A DNA stretch of 64,000 nt from Thermoplasmatota archaeon (lineage in GTDB: Archaea; Thermoplasmatota; JAKEGO01). The DNA is taken from the NCBI GenBank assembly GCA_028279595.1, contig JANQNK010000020.1:1-64000 (forward strand), written 5' to 3'. The notes beneath the pieces were generated by a model that was not told where the DNA came from, searched no databases, and saw only the letters and a program-made list of their open reading frames with translations. Within the stretch, counting starts at the first letter, position 1. Every line of letters begins with the position of its first letter. The position numbers and the translations under genes are program-made. Shown here in pieces: positions 46,594-55,258 of the stretch.

Positions 46594-49500
46594 CTAGGCC
46601 GATGTTATCGTTATCTCTGGTGATTCCGCCCTCAATCCAGGCTGGTACATGTCGTATACGACCATCGAGGCAATGGTCGAGGTCGCCTCGAGGTCGGCCC
46701 TGATGGTGTACGGGATCTCGATCTCGGACCCCGGACCGATGGGCGTGATGTAGACGAGAACGGTTCCGTCGTCGTCTTCCCAGTTGTCTATATCGCCTTC
46801 CTCGATCATCGTGTCGAGGTCCCATGTCATCTGTTCGAACCCTGCGGGCGTTGGCATCTCGATGAGGATCATCTGGAGCGGGTCGGTTCCGTTGTACGTT
46901 ATCGACACGGTGCCGTTGACTATGTCACCCGTGCTCACGTTGACATCGCTCATGATCAGGTCGATATCGATCGGTAGTATGACCGGTTCGTAGGGCATGT
47001 AGTACGATGATATCAGCTGGAATGCGATCTGTCCGATGCTGGCGGATCCGATCGTAACATCGAACTCGTCGTCAACGTATGGCCTGAGATCGATGTACCG
47101 TGTCACTTCGGCGTTCTCCTCGGTAATTGTCTCCTCGTGGACCAGCGTTCCGTCGATCGACACGGAGACCGCCATCTCCTCGACATCTAGTATCGCCTGT
47201 CTCGCAATGGCCTGGAAAGCCACGACCGTGTCCCTGGTCCCGAAGAACCCTGTGGTCGTCCTGTGATTGAGGAGATACCTCGTCCCTGCCGTCGCATAGA
47301 ATGGTCTAAGGTCGTTAAGCGCCATGACGCAGTAACCGGTGGTCTCGACCACTTGAGGGGTCGAGCTCCAGCGCCAGTAGTAGCGGTCGTCGCTTCCCGA
47401 GTCGATCATCGTGTTGTCGGTTGTCCAGTAGGTCTCGTCACCGTCCACGATGGCCAGCTCCTTGAGCCTGTCCGCGATAGGAGTCGTCTGTGAGTGTCCC
47501 CGTTCCTCCAATACTATCAGGGATAGTGCGAGGGAGTAAGGATCGTCCCATATCTCGCTTAGATGAGAACCGATGTAGGCGACGGCGTCATCGAGTGCCG
47601 TTCCATCGTATCCGGAATAGATCAGGGACCTGGCGACATAAGCCGTCGTCGCAACGGTCTTCGTCTTCAGCACGTCCGGTGTGTACTCGTAAAAGCCCCA
47701 CTCGGGGAACGTGAACGAGCCGTCGGAATGCTGCAACTCCAGTATGAGTGCCTGCATGTCGGTGATGACCTTGTGGTCGACAGCGAATCCCGAGTCTATC
47801 GCGTCCTGGAACGTTATGAGGCCCCATGACGTGAGCCATGGGTGTGGCGCCCTGTCGGATGGGAACCATACGATGCCCCTCCCGGGTCCGTCCGGATTTT
47901 CCATGAGGAAGGTGAGCTCGTGGAGGATGCCCTGAACGACGATCTCCTCGTACTCACGCTTCTTGTCGTCGCCGATGCTGTCGTCGAGCAGCCTGTAGGC
48001 GATGACGTCCATTGCGAGAGTGGACATGCTCTGCTCTCCGCAGCCGCTGACATAGTGGATGTACTCCTCAGCACCGTCCATCGCTACAGCGTTCATCGAG
48101 CCCTGGAGCTTTATGTAGGCCATCTCGCTGCCAGGGACACGAAGCGGGTCCATCTCGATCGTGGTCTCGACGGTCATGTCGTCCTCGAGTATCCCGTTCG
48201 TGACGTTGTCGATCCTCAAACCGGTCGGTTCGACCCTGATCTTCCTGATCACGGAGTCCGAAAGGATGCCGTTCGTCGCATCGAGCCTCACTGAGGCCTC
48301 TCCGACCTCGTCCGCCACAAGGCGGAAGGAGATCGAGTCCACTGAGTTCGCGTCGACGACGACCGTTCCATCGGTTGCCCCGACGATGGTCATTCCCTCC
48401 GCAGATATGTCAAGTGCGATCGTTGACTGCTCATCGAGATAGTTGTAGACGAGAGCCTTCAGTTCGAACTCGTCGCCTAGAAGCGCCCTTACGGGAACGT
48501 CTGGCTCTACGAAGAAGTCCTGGAACACCGTGATCTCGATGTCGTCCGTTCCGATCCAGCCCTCCATGGTGGACGCAACGGTCTCCATGCTCCACGTGGT
48601 GATGGTGTCCGGTGCTGTCAGATCGATCGAGGCCATTCCGTTCTCATCTGTCTCTATCATCGGATTCCAGTACCACGTTTCAGGGAAGTACTTCCGTACG
48701 TGGGTCACGGATTTCCCACCGGCCGATGAGTAATCATCGCCGGATCCGGCCTGGGAACCGTTCCCGGCGCCCAATGCGTTCTCGGGAACACCGCCATCTG
48801 CTATGAAATCCCATTCATCCCAACCACCCCGCCATCCACCATCCTCCTTCTCGAGGAGCTCCCCGGAATCCTCATCCGCGCTGCTTGAGGGTGCGGACAT
48901 GTAGGAACCGATGCTGTCCTCAGAAGTCGGCGTGATGGTCTGGGTCATTATCGCTGCAGGCGGAAGTGCGACAAGAGCGACTGCAAGCATTGCATATGCT
49001 GACGCCGTCCTTGCCTTGCTGACGAGATACATGAATGCGATGACCAGGACGAGCCCTATCGAGAGGATGGCGGGGGCCATGCCCTCTGCCTGGAAGTCGA
49101 GCGCTTCGTTCGTATCGTGGATGTAGGCGCCGATCTGGACCTGTTCCTCTCCGCCCGTCGGCACGTAGCCATCGATGCCAGGGGCGGATTCCTCTCCGTC
49201 CATGTACCTGAAGACCTGGTAGACCTCCTCGTCCTCGTAGAGATCGGATGCCGTCATCCTCTGGGCGAGTTCGAACACCGAGGTATCGATGATCCTGATA
49301 CCGAGCGCTGCCTGGACCGGAAGGTCGTGCCTGTCGACGGAGATATCGACCGAGAGGTCGTCGCCGGGTTTCACCGTCGATGACGACGGTGTCGCTGATA
49401 CGGTCAGCGCATCGGGGTCGATGACCGCGACGAGTGCGCTGGAGGTGGCCGAAGAAAGGTCGTCCGCTATCCTGAGCGCCCTTACCTCGATGCCAGGGGC

Positions 49501-51024
49501 CATCTGCGGCGTGGTGGTGAACGAGAATGAACCGCTGCCCTCGGAAAGGTCGAACGTTCCTGAGCGGACACGGGTGCCAGACGTGAAAACGTCGTAATAC
49601 CCCTTCGTAGAGAGGCCACCGCTCGAAACGACGGAGAACGTTGCTATCTCCCCGACATCGTAAGAGTACATGCCGGGAACGATCTTGATCCCGTCCTTGA
49701 CGCCGTCCAGGTCCAGTACGTATTGCGCGGTCGTGTCGCCGTCGGTGACGTTCACCTCGATGTAACCGCGATGTTCGGGAACGGTGAAGGTTATCGGGGT
49801 CATCCCGAGGCTGTCCGTCTCGAGGTCCCATGAACCAACGACCTCGGGTCTTGGATACCACCAGCCTCTTGACTGATCGTCGTTCGGGTCCTCCCAGTCG
49901 TCGGAGTCGTATTCGAAGAGGTTGGCCTCGACAGATGCTTCCGCAGGTCGACCATCCGGATATGTCACTATCAACCAGTAGGTGGACTCAAGGCCGGCGA
50001 TGTTCCAGTCACCGACCACCGCGAGGGTCAGAGGCGACTGGAAGAACGATGTCGCCAACGTCTTCGTCTCGGTATGGTCCGCCGTGTCAGTTACTGTGAT
50101 GTTGAACAGGAACTGGTCGAATCCGGACCAGTTCGTTCCTGGTGTGAAGTCTACGATAAAGGTCCCGGAGAGTGAATCGCTCTCGAGGGTATTCAGCGAT
50201 GTGGAACCGTAATGGTCGTCGTGGCCGATGATCTCGACCTCGATCTCCCCCTCCACAGGCTGTCCGAACGAATAATCGATGGTCAGATCGAAGGTGATGT
50301 TATCTCCCGGAACGTACCATGCCTTGAGCCCGTCAGCGGCGATGATGAACTTGGGAAGGACGTAGCGGTCCACCTTGAGCGAGGCCTCCTCGAACTCGTC
50401 GCCGACCGTTGCCCGAACGGTGTACTCACCGAGGGGCATCAGGTCCGAGAGAGTGAAATCAAGTGCGGAAATCCCGTATGCGTTGACATCCAGCGTACCC
50501 TTGAAGACCTTGTCGCCCTCGGGTGAGAATATGTCGATCTCCACCGCATCGGTCGATGGCGTCCGTGTCGACCTTTCGAACGTCAGGAACCGCATGTGCA
50601 CGGTCTGGCCCGGTTGATAGATCGGCTTGTCGGTCTGGATGATAATTGAGACCGACCTCGACTCGACGACGCTCAGGGTCCCCGTGAATGAGCGTCCGTC
50701 AACGTTCACGACTATCGTGGCGTTCCCGATGGGCGGGATGAAATCGACGTTGGCGATCCCATCACCGTCGGTCTTGCCAGCGTACTTCTCGATCCCCGTT
50801 TCGGTGATTATCTCCACCAGGACCAGCTCTCCCTCGAGCGGTTCTCCGTCCAGGTCCTGAGCGATCACGGTCACCTTGTCCGACTCGTCGCTGCTGAGTT
50901 CCGACGGCATCATTACCGTCACGTCCGATTCGGAGGACCTGTAGACGTCGTCCAGACTGTCCACGAAAACGGCCGTTCCGACCAGGGCAAGGCAGAATAC
51001 GATGATTATCGTCCATCTCTTCAT
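46594..51024 (-). CDS. Alpha-2-macroglobulin-family thioester protein
   Basis: IQTDKPIYQPGQTV, YVLPKF, VRKYFPETWYW, PDTITTW, FQDFFV, thioester GCGEQ (CGEQ at 48031-48042), TRDTVVAFQA, receptor-binding-like end (P.GF...VYDMY.P); N-terminal signal/anchor. Confidence 0.93.
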   Translation of the reverse strand: MKRWTIIIVFCLALVGTAVFVDSLDDVYRSSESDVTVMMPSELSSDESDKVTVIAQDLDGEPLEGELVLVEIITETGIEKYAGKTDGDGIANVDFIPPIGNATIVVNVDGRSFTGTLSVVESRSVSIIIQTDKPIYQPGQTVHMRFLTFERSTRTPSTDAVEIDIFSPEGDKVFKGTLDVNAYGISALDFTLSDLMPLGEYTVRATVGDEFEEASLKVDRYVLPKFIIAADGLKAWYVPGDNITFDLTIDYSFGQPVEGEIEVEIIGHDDHYGSTSLNTLESDSLSGTFIVDFTPGTNWSGFDQFLFNITVTDTADHTETKTLATSFFQSPLTLAVVGDWNIAGLESTYWLIVTYPDGRPAEASVEANLFEYDSDDWEDPNDDQSRGWWYPRPEVVGSWDLETDSLGMTPITFTVPEHRGYIEVNVTDGDTTAQYVLDLDGVKDGIKIVPGMYSYDVGEIATFSVVSSGGLSTKGYYDVFTSGTRVRSGTFDLSEGSGSFSFTTTPQMAPGIEVRALRIADDLSSATSSALVAVIDPDALTVSATPSSSTVKPGDDLSVDISVDRHDLPVQAALGIRIIDTSVFELAQRMTASDLYEDEEVYQVFRYMDGEESAPGIDGYVPTGGEEQVQIGAYIHDTNEALDFQAEGMAPAILSIGLVLVIAFMYLVSKARTASAYAMLAVALVALPPAAIMTQTITPTSEDSIGSYMSAPSSSADEDSGELLEKEDGGWRGGWDEWDFIADGGVPENALGAGNGSQAGSGDDYSSAGGKSVTHVRKYFPETWYWNPMIETDENGMASIDLTAPDTITTWSMETVASTMEGWIGTDDIEITVFQDFFVEPDVPVRALLGDEFELKALVYNYLDEQSTIALDISAEGMTIVGATDGTVVVDANSVDSISFRLVADEVGEASVRLDATNGILSDSVIRKIRVEPTGLRIDNVTNGILEDDMTVETTIEMDPLRVPGSEMAYIKLQGSMNAVAMDGAEEYIHYVSGCGEQSMSTLAMDVIAYRLLDDSIGDDKKREYEEIVVQGILHELTFLMENPDGPGRGIVWFPSDRAPHPWLTSWGLITFQDAIDSGFAVDHKVITDMQALILELQHSDGSFTFPEWGFYEYTPDVLKTKTVATTAYVARSLIYSGYDGTALDDAVAYIGSHLSEIWDDPYSLALSLIVLEERGHSQTTPIADRLKELAIVDGDETYWTTDNTMIDSGSDDRYYWRWSSTPQVVETTGYCVMALNDLRPFYATAGTRYLLNHRTTTGFFGTRDTVVAFQAIARQAILDVEEMAVSVSIDGTLVHEETITEENAEVTRYIDLRPYVDDEFDVTIGSASIGQIAFQLISSYYMPYEPVILPIDIDLIMSDVNVSTGDIVNGTVSITYNGTDPLQMILIEMPTPAGFEQMTWDLDTMIEEGDIDNWEDDDGTVLVYITPIGPGSEIEIPYTIRADLEATSTIASMVVYDMYQPGLRAESPEITITSA

Positions 51025-51260
51025 TTCGTTCACCCACCGCTTCTCTGTATAATCACGGACGACGAGGGTACAAATACCCCTTTCTGCTGCATGCAGCATG
51101 CAGGACCTGCCATCGGCGGTAATATTCTCCATCTCGACCGGTCATCCCAATTGCGTTTTTCGGTCGAATTCACACAAAAATCAACGATATATGGCGTATT
51201 TTCTCCAGTCAGTAATGCTTTTATACGCACAATGGCTTTTTCAACGGAGTGGTGGCGGTC

Positions 51261-51956
51261 ATGTTCAGGGACTGTATCAAGGGGTTGGACCGGGTGTTTC
51301 AGAGTGAAATCAAACCTGGCAAGACCATCCTTGTCACGGGCCCTCCTGGTTCTCTGAAATCGAGTTTCGTTCACGCCGTGATGAAGTCATATGTGGAGAA
51401 ATCCGGTGAGTTCGGACTCTTCACGACCCTCGAGCAGGACACCAGCTCCCATCTGGAGGGCATCGAATCCATCGGTCTGGGCCTTTCCAGGAACCTCCAG
51501 ATAACCGATTACAGCGAGATCCTCATGGACGAGTACGGGGGGAACTTCAACTACATGGAGTTCACCGAGATGATGATCGACCACTTCAAGGACCGCTACG
51601 GCGACAGGTTCTCGATATACGGTTTCGACTCCCTGGGTGCGCTCTATTCCATGATGCCAGATGTGAAGAATCCGCGCAAGTTCGCTTTCCAGTTCTTCTC
51701 GATGGTCAGGAAGCACAATCTGACGACCTTCATCATCCTGGAGAGCTCCCTCCAGGGCGATCCACTGACCATGGGGAACGAACCGTTCCTGGTGGACGGG
51801 ATATTCCATCTGGGTATCAAGAGGAACCGAGGTCACCTGACACGCTACTTCCAGGTCATCAAGATGCGCGCGACCAAACACAGCATGGACCCGTTCGCCA
51901 TCAAGGTGGACGACGGCGGCATCGAGATACTCGGACCCCTTCTCGACACCTCTTGA
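51261..51956 (+). CDS. KaiC/RAD55-family single-domain ATPase
   Basis: Walker A GPPGSLKS, TLEQ, FDSL, FLVDGI..L, V.KMR.T.H. Confidence 0.88.
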   Translation: MFRDCIKGLDRVFQSEIKPGKTILVTGPPGSLKSSFVHAVMKSYVEKSGEFGLFTTLEQDTSSHLEGIESIGLGLSRNLQITDYSEILMDEYGGNFNYMEFTEMMIDHFKDRYGDRFSIYGFDSLGALYSMMPDVKNPRKFAFQFFSMVRKHNLTTFIILESSLQGDPLTMGNEPFLVDGIFHLGIKRNRGHLTRYFQVIKMRATKHSMDPFAIKVDDGGIEILGPLLDTS

Positions 51957-52141
51957 ATTGGTCACGTTGATAACTGGCCGAAACTTCAGAATACCCTCAA
52001 CTGGGGGTTATTTCTCATTTAATCCGTTAGAAATTAACCATTGAAAGTTAATTATTCAATAATCACCCCTATTTTACTACGGTCTTTGGGATATATTTAT
52101 CTACTTTTGGATATATTCCTATTCACATAGATGGTGAGGCC

Positions 52142-52591
52142 ATGACGTTCGAACTTATGATGACAGACACGGCACCAGTCACCGACGAGAAGGATATGGA
52201 CCGGGCGCTCATCCGTTTCCTCGGTCAGATCGGCTATCTCGGCAAGAGATATTCGAAGAAGAGCAACGACGAGGTCAAGGACACCGTCGCATACCGTCTG
52301 GTCGCCGACTGCTTCCTCGGTCACCCCAACAGGGCGTGGCGCGTCGAGGAGATGACCGCCTACCTCGAGACCAGCGCACCCACCATCTACAGGCATCTCA
52401 ACAGGCTTCGCGGTCTGGACCTGATCGAGGAGGTCTACGCTGACGAGGAGAAGTCCAAGAAGGGCTACCGGGTCAGGTACGGAAACCTCGCCAAGGCCTG
52501 GTCCTTCCCAGAGGCTCACATCCGACTAGCCATGGACAACTTCAGGAAGAGCGTCGGACACATCCAGACTCTGATCGAGAGGGGGTCGTGA
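52142..52591 (+). CDS. HTH transcriptional regulator
   Basis: W.VEE...YL.TS.PT.YRHLN.L..LDL.E; GGTGAGG RBS. Confidence 0.75.
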   Translation: MTFELMMTDTAPVTDEKDMDRALIRFLGQIGYLGKRYSKKSNDEVKDTVAYRLVADCFLGHPNRAWRVEEMTAYLETSAPTIYRHLNRLRGLDLIEEVYADEEKSKKGYRVRYGNLAKAWSFPEAHIRLAMDNFRKSVGHIQTLIERGS

Positions 52592-52854
52592 GAATGGACA
52601 TGGACCTCCAACTCGTGCCCGAGTCCAGATACCGTATCGAGTCGCTCGCCAGCCGCGACAATCCCATGGTCACGGAGGGCGCTTTCAAGGGATTCCTCCA
52701 CGTCGGGAATGGCGTCGTCGCCATCGCCCTTGACATGGATGACGGTCTCAGACGCGTCATCCCTACACACATGATACTTGCCATTGACATCCTCGAGGTC
52801 CCAGAGGCCCCCGAGGAGGAAGAGGAGAACGATTCCAAATCGTTCTACAGATAG
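52588..52854 (+). CDS. Hypothetical protein (88 aa)
   Basis: GTGA coupling to the upstream HTH gene; fits directly before pheT. Confidence 0.65.
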   Translation: MRMDMDLQLVPESRYRIESLASRDNPMVTEGAFKGFLHVGNGVVAIALDMDDGLRRVIPTHMILAIDILEVPEAPEEEEENDSKSFYR

Positions 52855-52867
52855 GGGACTGGTTCGA

Positions 52868-54511
52868 ATGCCGTCGGTGAAGTTCACCGTTGACGAGCTC
52901 GTTAGACTCTCCGGAGTCGACGACATGGAATTGGACGACATCATCGCGATCATCAAGATGATGGGCGCCGACCTCGGAGGGATCGAGGACGGCGTTATCG
53001 ACATGGAGTTCTTCCCGGACCGTCCGGACCTCTTCTCCGTTGAAGGCGTGGCCAGGGCCCTGACACAGTACGTATCCGGGGTCACGGAGTACCATCCCGT
53101 ATCACCTGGCGACATCGAGATGAGCGTCGACGCCAAGGTAGCCGACGTCCGTCCGTACGTCGTGGGCGGAGTGGTCCGCGGAGCGTCGCTTGACGATGAC
53201 GCAGTTCAATCCTTGATGTCGCTTCAGGAGAAGCTACACGCCACCATCGGACGCAACAGGAGCAAGGTCGCCATCGGCGTCCATGACCTGTCCAAGGTGA
53301 CCCCGCCCTTCAGGTACACCGCGGTCGAACCGGAAGGATTGAAGTTCATCCCACTCGGAAAGGAAGAGGAGATGAGTCCAGCAGACATTCTCGAGAGGCA
53401 CGAGAAGGGGATCGACTACGCCCACATCCTCGAGGACAAGTCCCTCTATCCCATGATACTGGACGCCAACGACGAGGTGCTCTCGTTCCCGCCGATAATC
53501 AACGGGACATTGACCACGGTCACCGAGGACACCACAGACCTCTTCATCGATTGCACCGGGAGCTCGTTCGAGGCGATCAGGACATGCCTGGATATCGTCT
53601 CCACATCGCTTGCGGAACATGGCGGAACTATAGAATCAGTTACGCTGCCTCCGATCGACGGAGCGCCGTGGCCATCCGAGCCGATCGTGACCCCGGTCGT
53701 CGAGGGCGAACCGATGACCGTAACCCACGACCACATCTCATCACTGGTCGGGACCGATCTGTCGCAGGAGGACGTGCTCACGTCACTTTCAAAGATGGGA
53801 TTGAAGGCGGAATTCCACGGCGACGATGTCGTCGTTACACCGCCCTCCTTCAGAGGGGACATCCTGCACCCTGTCGACATCATCGAGGACGTCGCCATCG
53901 GATACGGATACAACGACATACCGATGTCGCTCCCGAAGAACGCAACCCTCGGTCGCGAGTTCTCGAGGAACGACGTAATAAGAGCGCTGAGGTCCACCAT
54001 GGTCGGCCTCGGATTCCAGGAGATCGTCACCCTCCATCTGCGAGGACCGGAAGAGGAGTTCGACAGGATCAGAAGGGAGAGGACCGACGTACCTACGATA
54101 TCCAATCCCATCGGGGTTGAGACAAGCATCCTACGTGCGTCTCTGCTTCCGTCGATGCTCCGGATGCTCTCGGACAACAGGCACAGGCCATTGCCACAGA
54201 TGGTCTTCGAGATCGGACAGGTCTACCAGGGCAGCGAGCAAAGGACTGTCGCCGGATGGGCCGTCATAGACGCTTCCGCGGGATACACCCAGGCCAAGTC
54301 GAACATGGAAGCGATCATGAGGAACCTCTCATCGGCATTCAACATCAAATCGATGGAGGACCCCTCATACCTTGAGGGGCGACAAGCTGCACTGATGAAG
54401 GAAGGTACAACGATCGGCGGCTATGGCGAGGTGCATCCCGAGGTCCTCGAGAACTTCGAGCTCGGATACCCGACGATCAGCGGAGAATTCTATCTTGACG
54501 AGTTCTACTAG
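52868..54511 (+). CDS. pheT: Phenylalanine--tRNA ligase beta subunit
   Basis: PDRPDLFSVEG.ARAL, LQEKLH..IGR.R.KVAIG.HD, SFPPIING, R.DILH.VD..EDVAIGYG, GE.HPEVL.NF. Confidence 0.97.
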   Translation: MPSVKFTVDELVRLSGVDDMELDDIIAIIKMMGADLGGIEDGVIDMEFFPDRPDLFSVEGVARALTQYVSGVTEYHPVSPGDIEMSVDAKVADVRPYVVGGVVRGASLDDDAVQSLMSLQEKLHATIGRNRSKVAIGVHDLSKVTPPFRYTAVEPEGLKFIPLGKEEEMSPADILERHEKGIDYAHILEDKSLYPMILDANDEVLSFPPIINGTLTTVTEDTTDLFIDCTGSSFEAIRTCLDIVSTSLAEHGGTIESVTLPPIDGAPWPSEPIVTPVVEGEPMTVTHDHISSLVGTDLSQEDVLTSLSKMGLKAEFHGDDVVVTPPSFRGDILHPVDIIEDVAIGYGYNDIPMSLPKNATLGREFSRNDVIRALRSTMVGLGFQEIVTLHLRGPEEEFDRIRRERTDVPTISNPIGVETSILRASLLPSMLRMLSDNRHRPLPQMVFEIGQVYQGSEQRTVAGWAVIDASAGYTQAKSNMEAIMRNLSSAFNIKSMEDPSYLEGRQAALMKEGTTIGGYGEVHPEVLENFELGYPTISGEFYLDEFY

Positions 54512-54522
54512 AATTGAAAGGT

Positions 54523-55068
54523 TTACTCCTCGAACTTGTCCGAATAATAGGTCCTGACTATCCTGAGGACGTCCTTCCAGTTCTTCTTCTGGATCGGTAG
54601 GCCCTGAGCCCTCCGAGATTCTCCACCCCGCTCGAACTCCTTACCCTTCTCGAACTCGAATATCAGTTCGGGTCCGAATATCGGTGAAATTCTAGGGAGT
54701 ATCCTCGTCACGCTTTCCAGCTCGTATGTGAAGCTATCATCGACGGAGGAGACGATGTCACCGAACGTCATCTCTGCAAGGGCTGTATCGTTGAAGATCT
54801 GACCCTGGTCCAGCCCCTCCGTCAATCCCCGGTATATCTGTATCGTGTTCAAAACCCGGTGCCTGAAGAACGATGCGTAGAGGAACTTGGGCTCCCGACC
54901 TGTTCGCCCGCCACCTTCAGCCTGGATGAGAATGACCTTCAACGGATACTCGTCATCGCCTCCACCCTTCTCCTCCGGCTCGGCGATGTACTCCCAGCAG
55001 TTGTGACAGTAGTATCTCTTGTAAGCGGTGAGCCAGATCCCATCCTCGGCGCAACGCGGACACTCCAT
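54523..55068 (-). CDS. Hypothetical protein with N-terminal Zn ribbon
   Basis: MECPRC...W..AY.RYYCHNC..Y; true start lies downstream of the 5S gene. Confidence 0.7.
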   Translation of the reverse strand: MECPRCAEDGIWLTAYKRYYCHNCWEYIAEPEEKGGGDDEYPLKVILIQAEGGGRTGREPKFLYASFFRHRVLNTIQIYRGLTEGLDQGQIFNDTALAEMTFGDIVSSVDDSFTYELESVTRILPRISPIFGPELIFEFEKGKEFERGGESRRAQGLPIQKKNWKDVLRIVRTYYSDKFEE

Positions 55069-55101
55069 CGTAACACGTATTGTTCTAAGATAATAAGAAA
55101 G

Positions 55102-55225
55102 TGCCTGACAGCGTTCCCGGTTTCCCGTGGGCTCTCGCACCACAGTACAGCCGGGAACGCGGGCGGGCTTAACTGCTGGGTTCGGATGAGACCAGGTGTT
55201 TCCCCACCGCTATGGCCGTCAGACA
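55102..55225 (-). rRNA. rrf: 5S rRNA (stand-alone)
   Basis: Minus strand TGTCTGACGGCCATAGCGGTGGGGAAACACCTGGTCTCATCCGAACCCAGCAGTTAAGCC...GGGAACGCTGTCAGGCA; helix I pairs the two ends; conserved CCGAAC and GTTAAGC. Confidence 0.97.
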
Positions 55226-55249
55226 AGTTCCGTTAGAGGACGGTCCCGT

Positions 55250-55257
55250 ATAAAAAG
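55250..55257 (-). promoter_or_regulatory. TATA box of the 5S rRNA gene
   Basis: TTTTTATA about 25 nt upstream of the 5S 5' end. Confidence 0.7.
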
Positions 55258-55258
55258 A

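Noticed and set aside
51261-51956. Circadian KaiC clock
   Set aside because: Single-domain RAD55/KaiC-like ATPase typical of archaea; no kaiA/kaiB nearby.
54859-55236. ORFs 54859-55236 and 54939-55226
   Set aside because: They overlap the 5S rRNA gene and a better-supported CDS.
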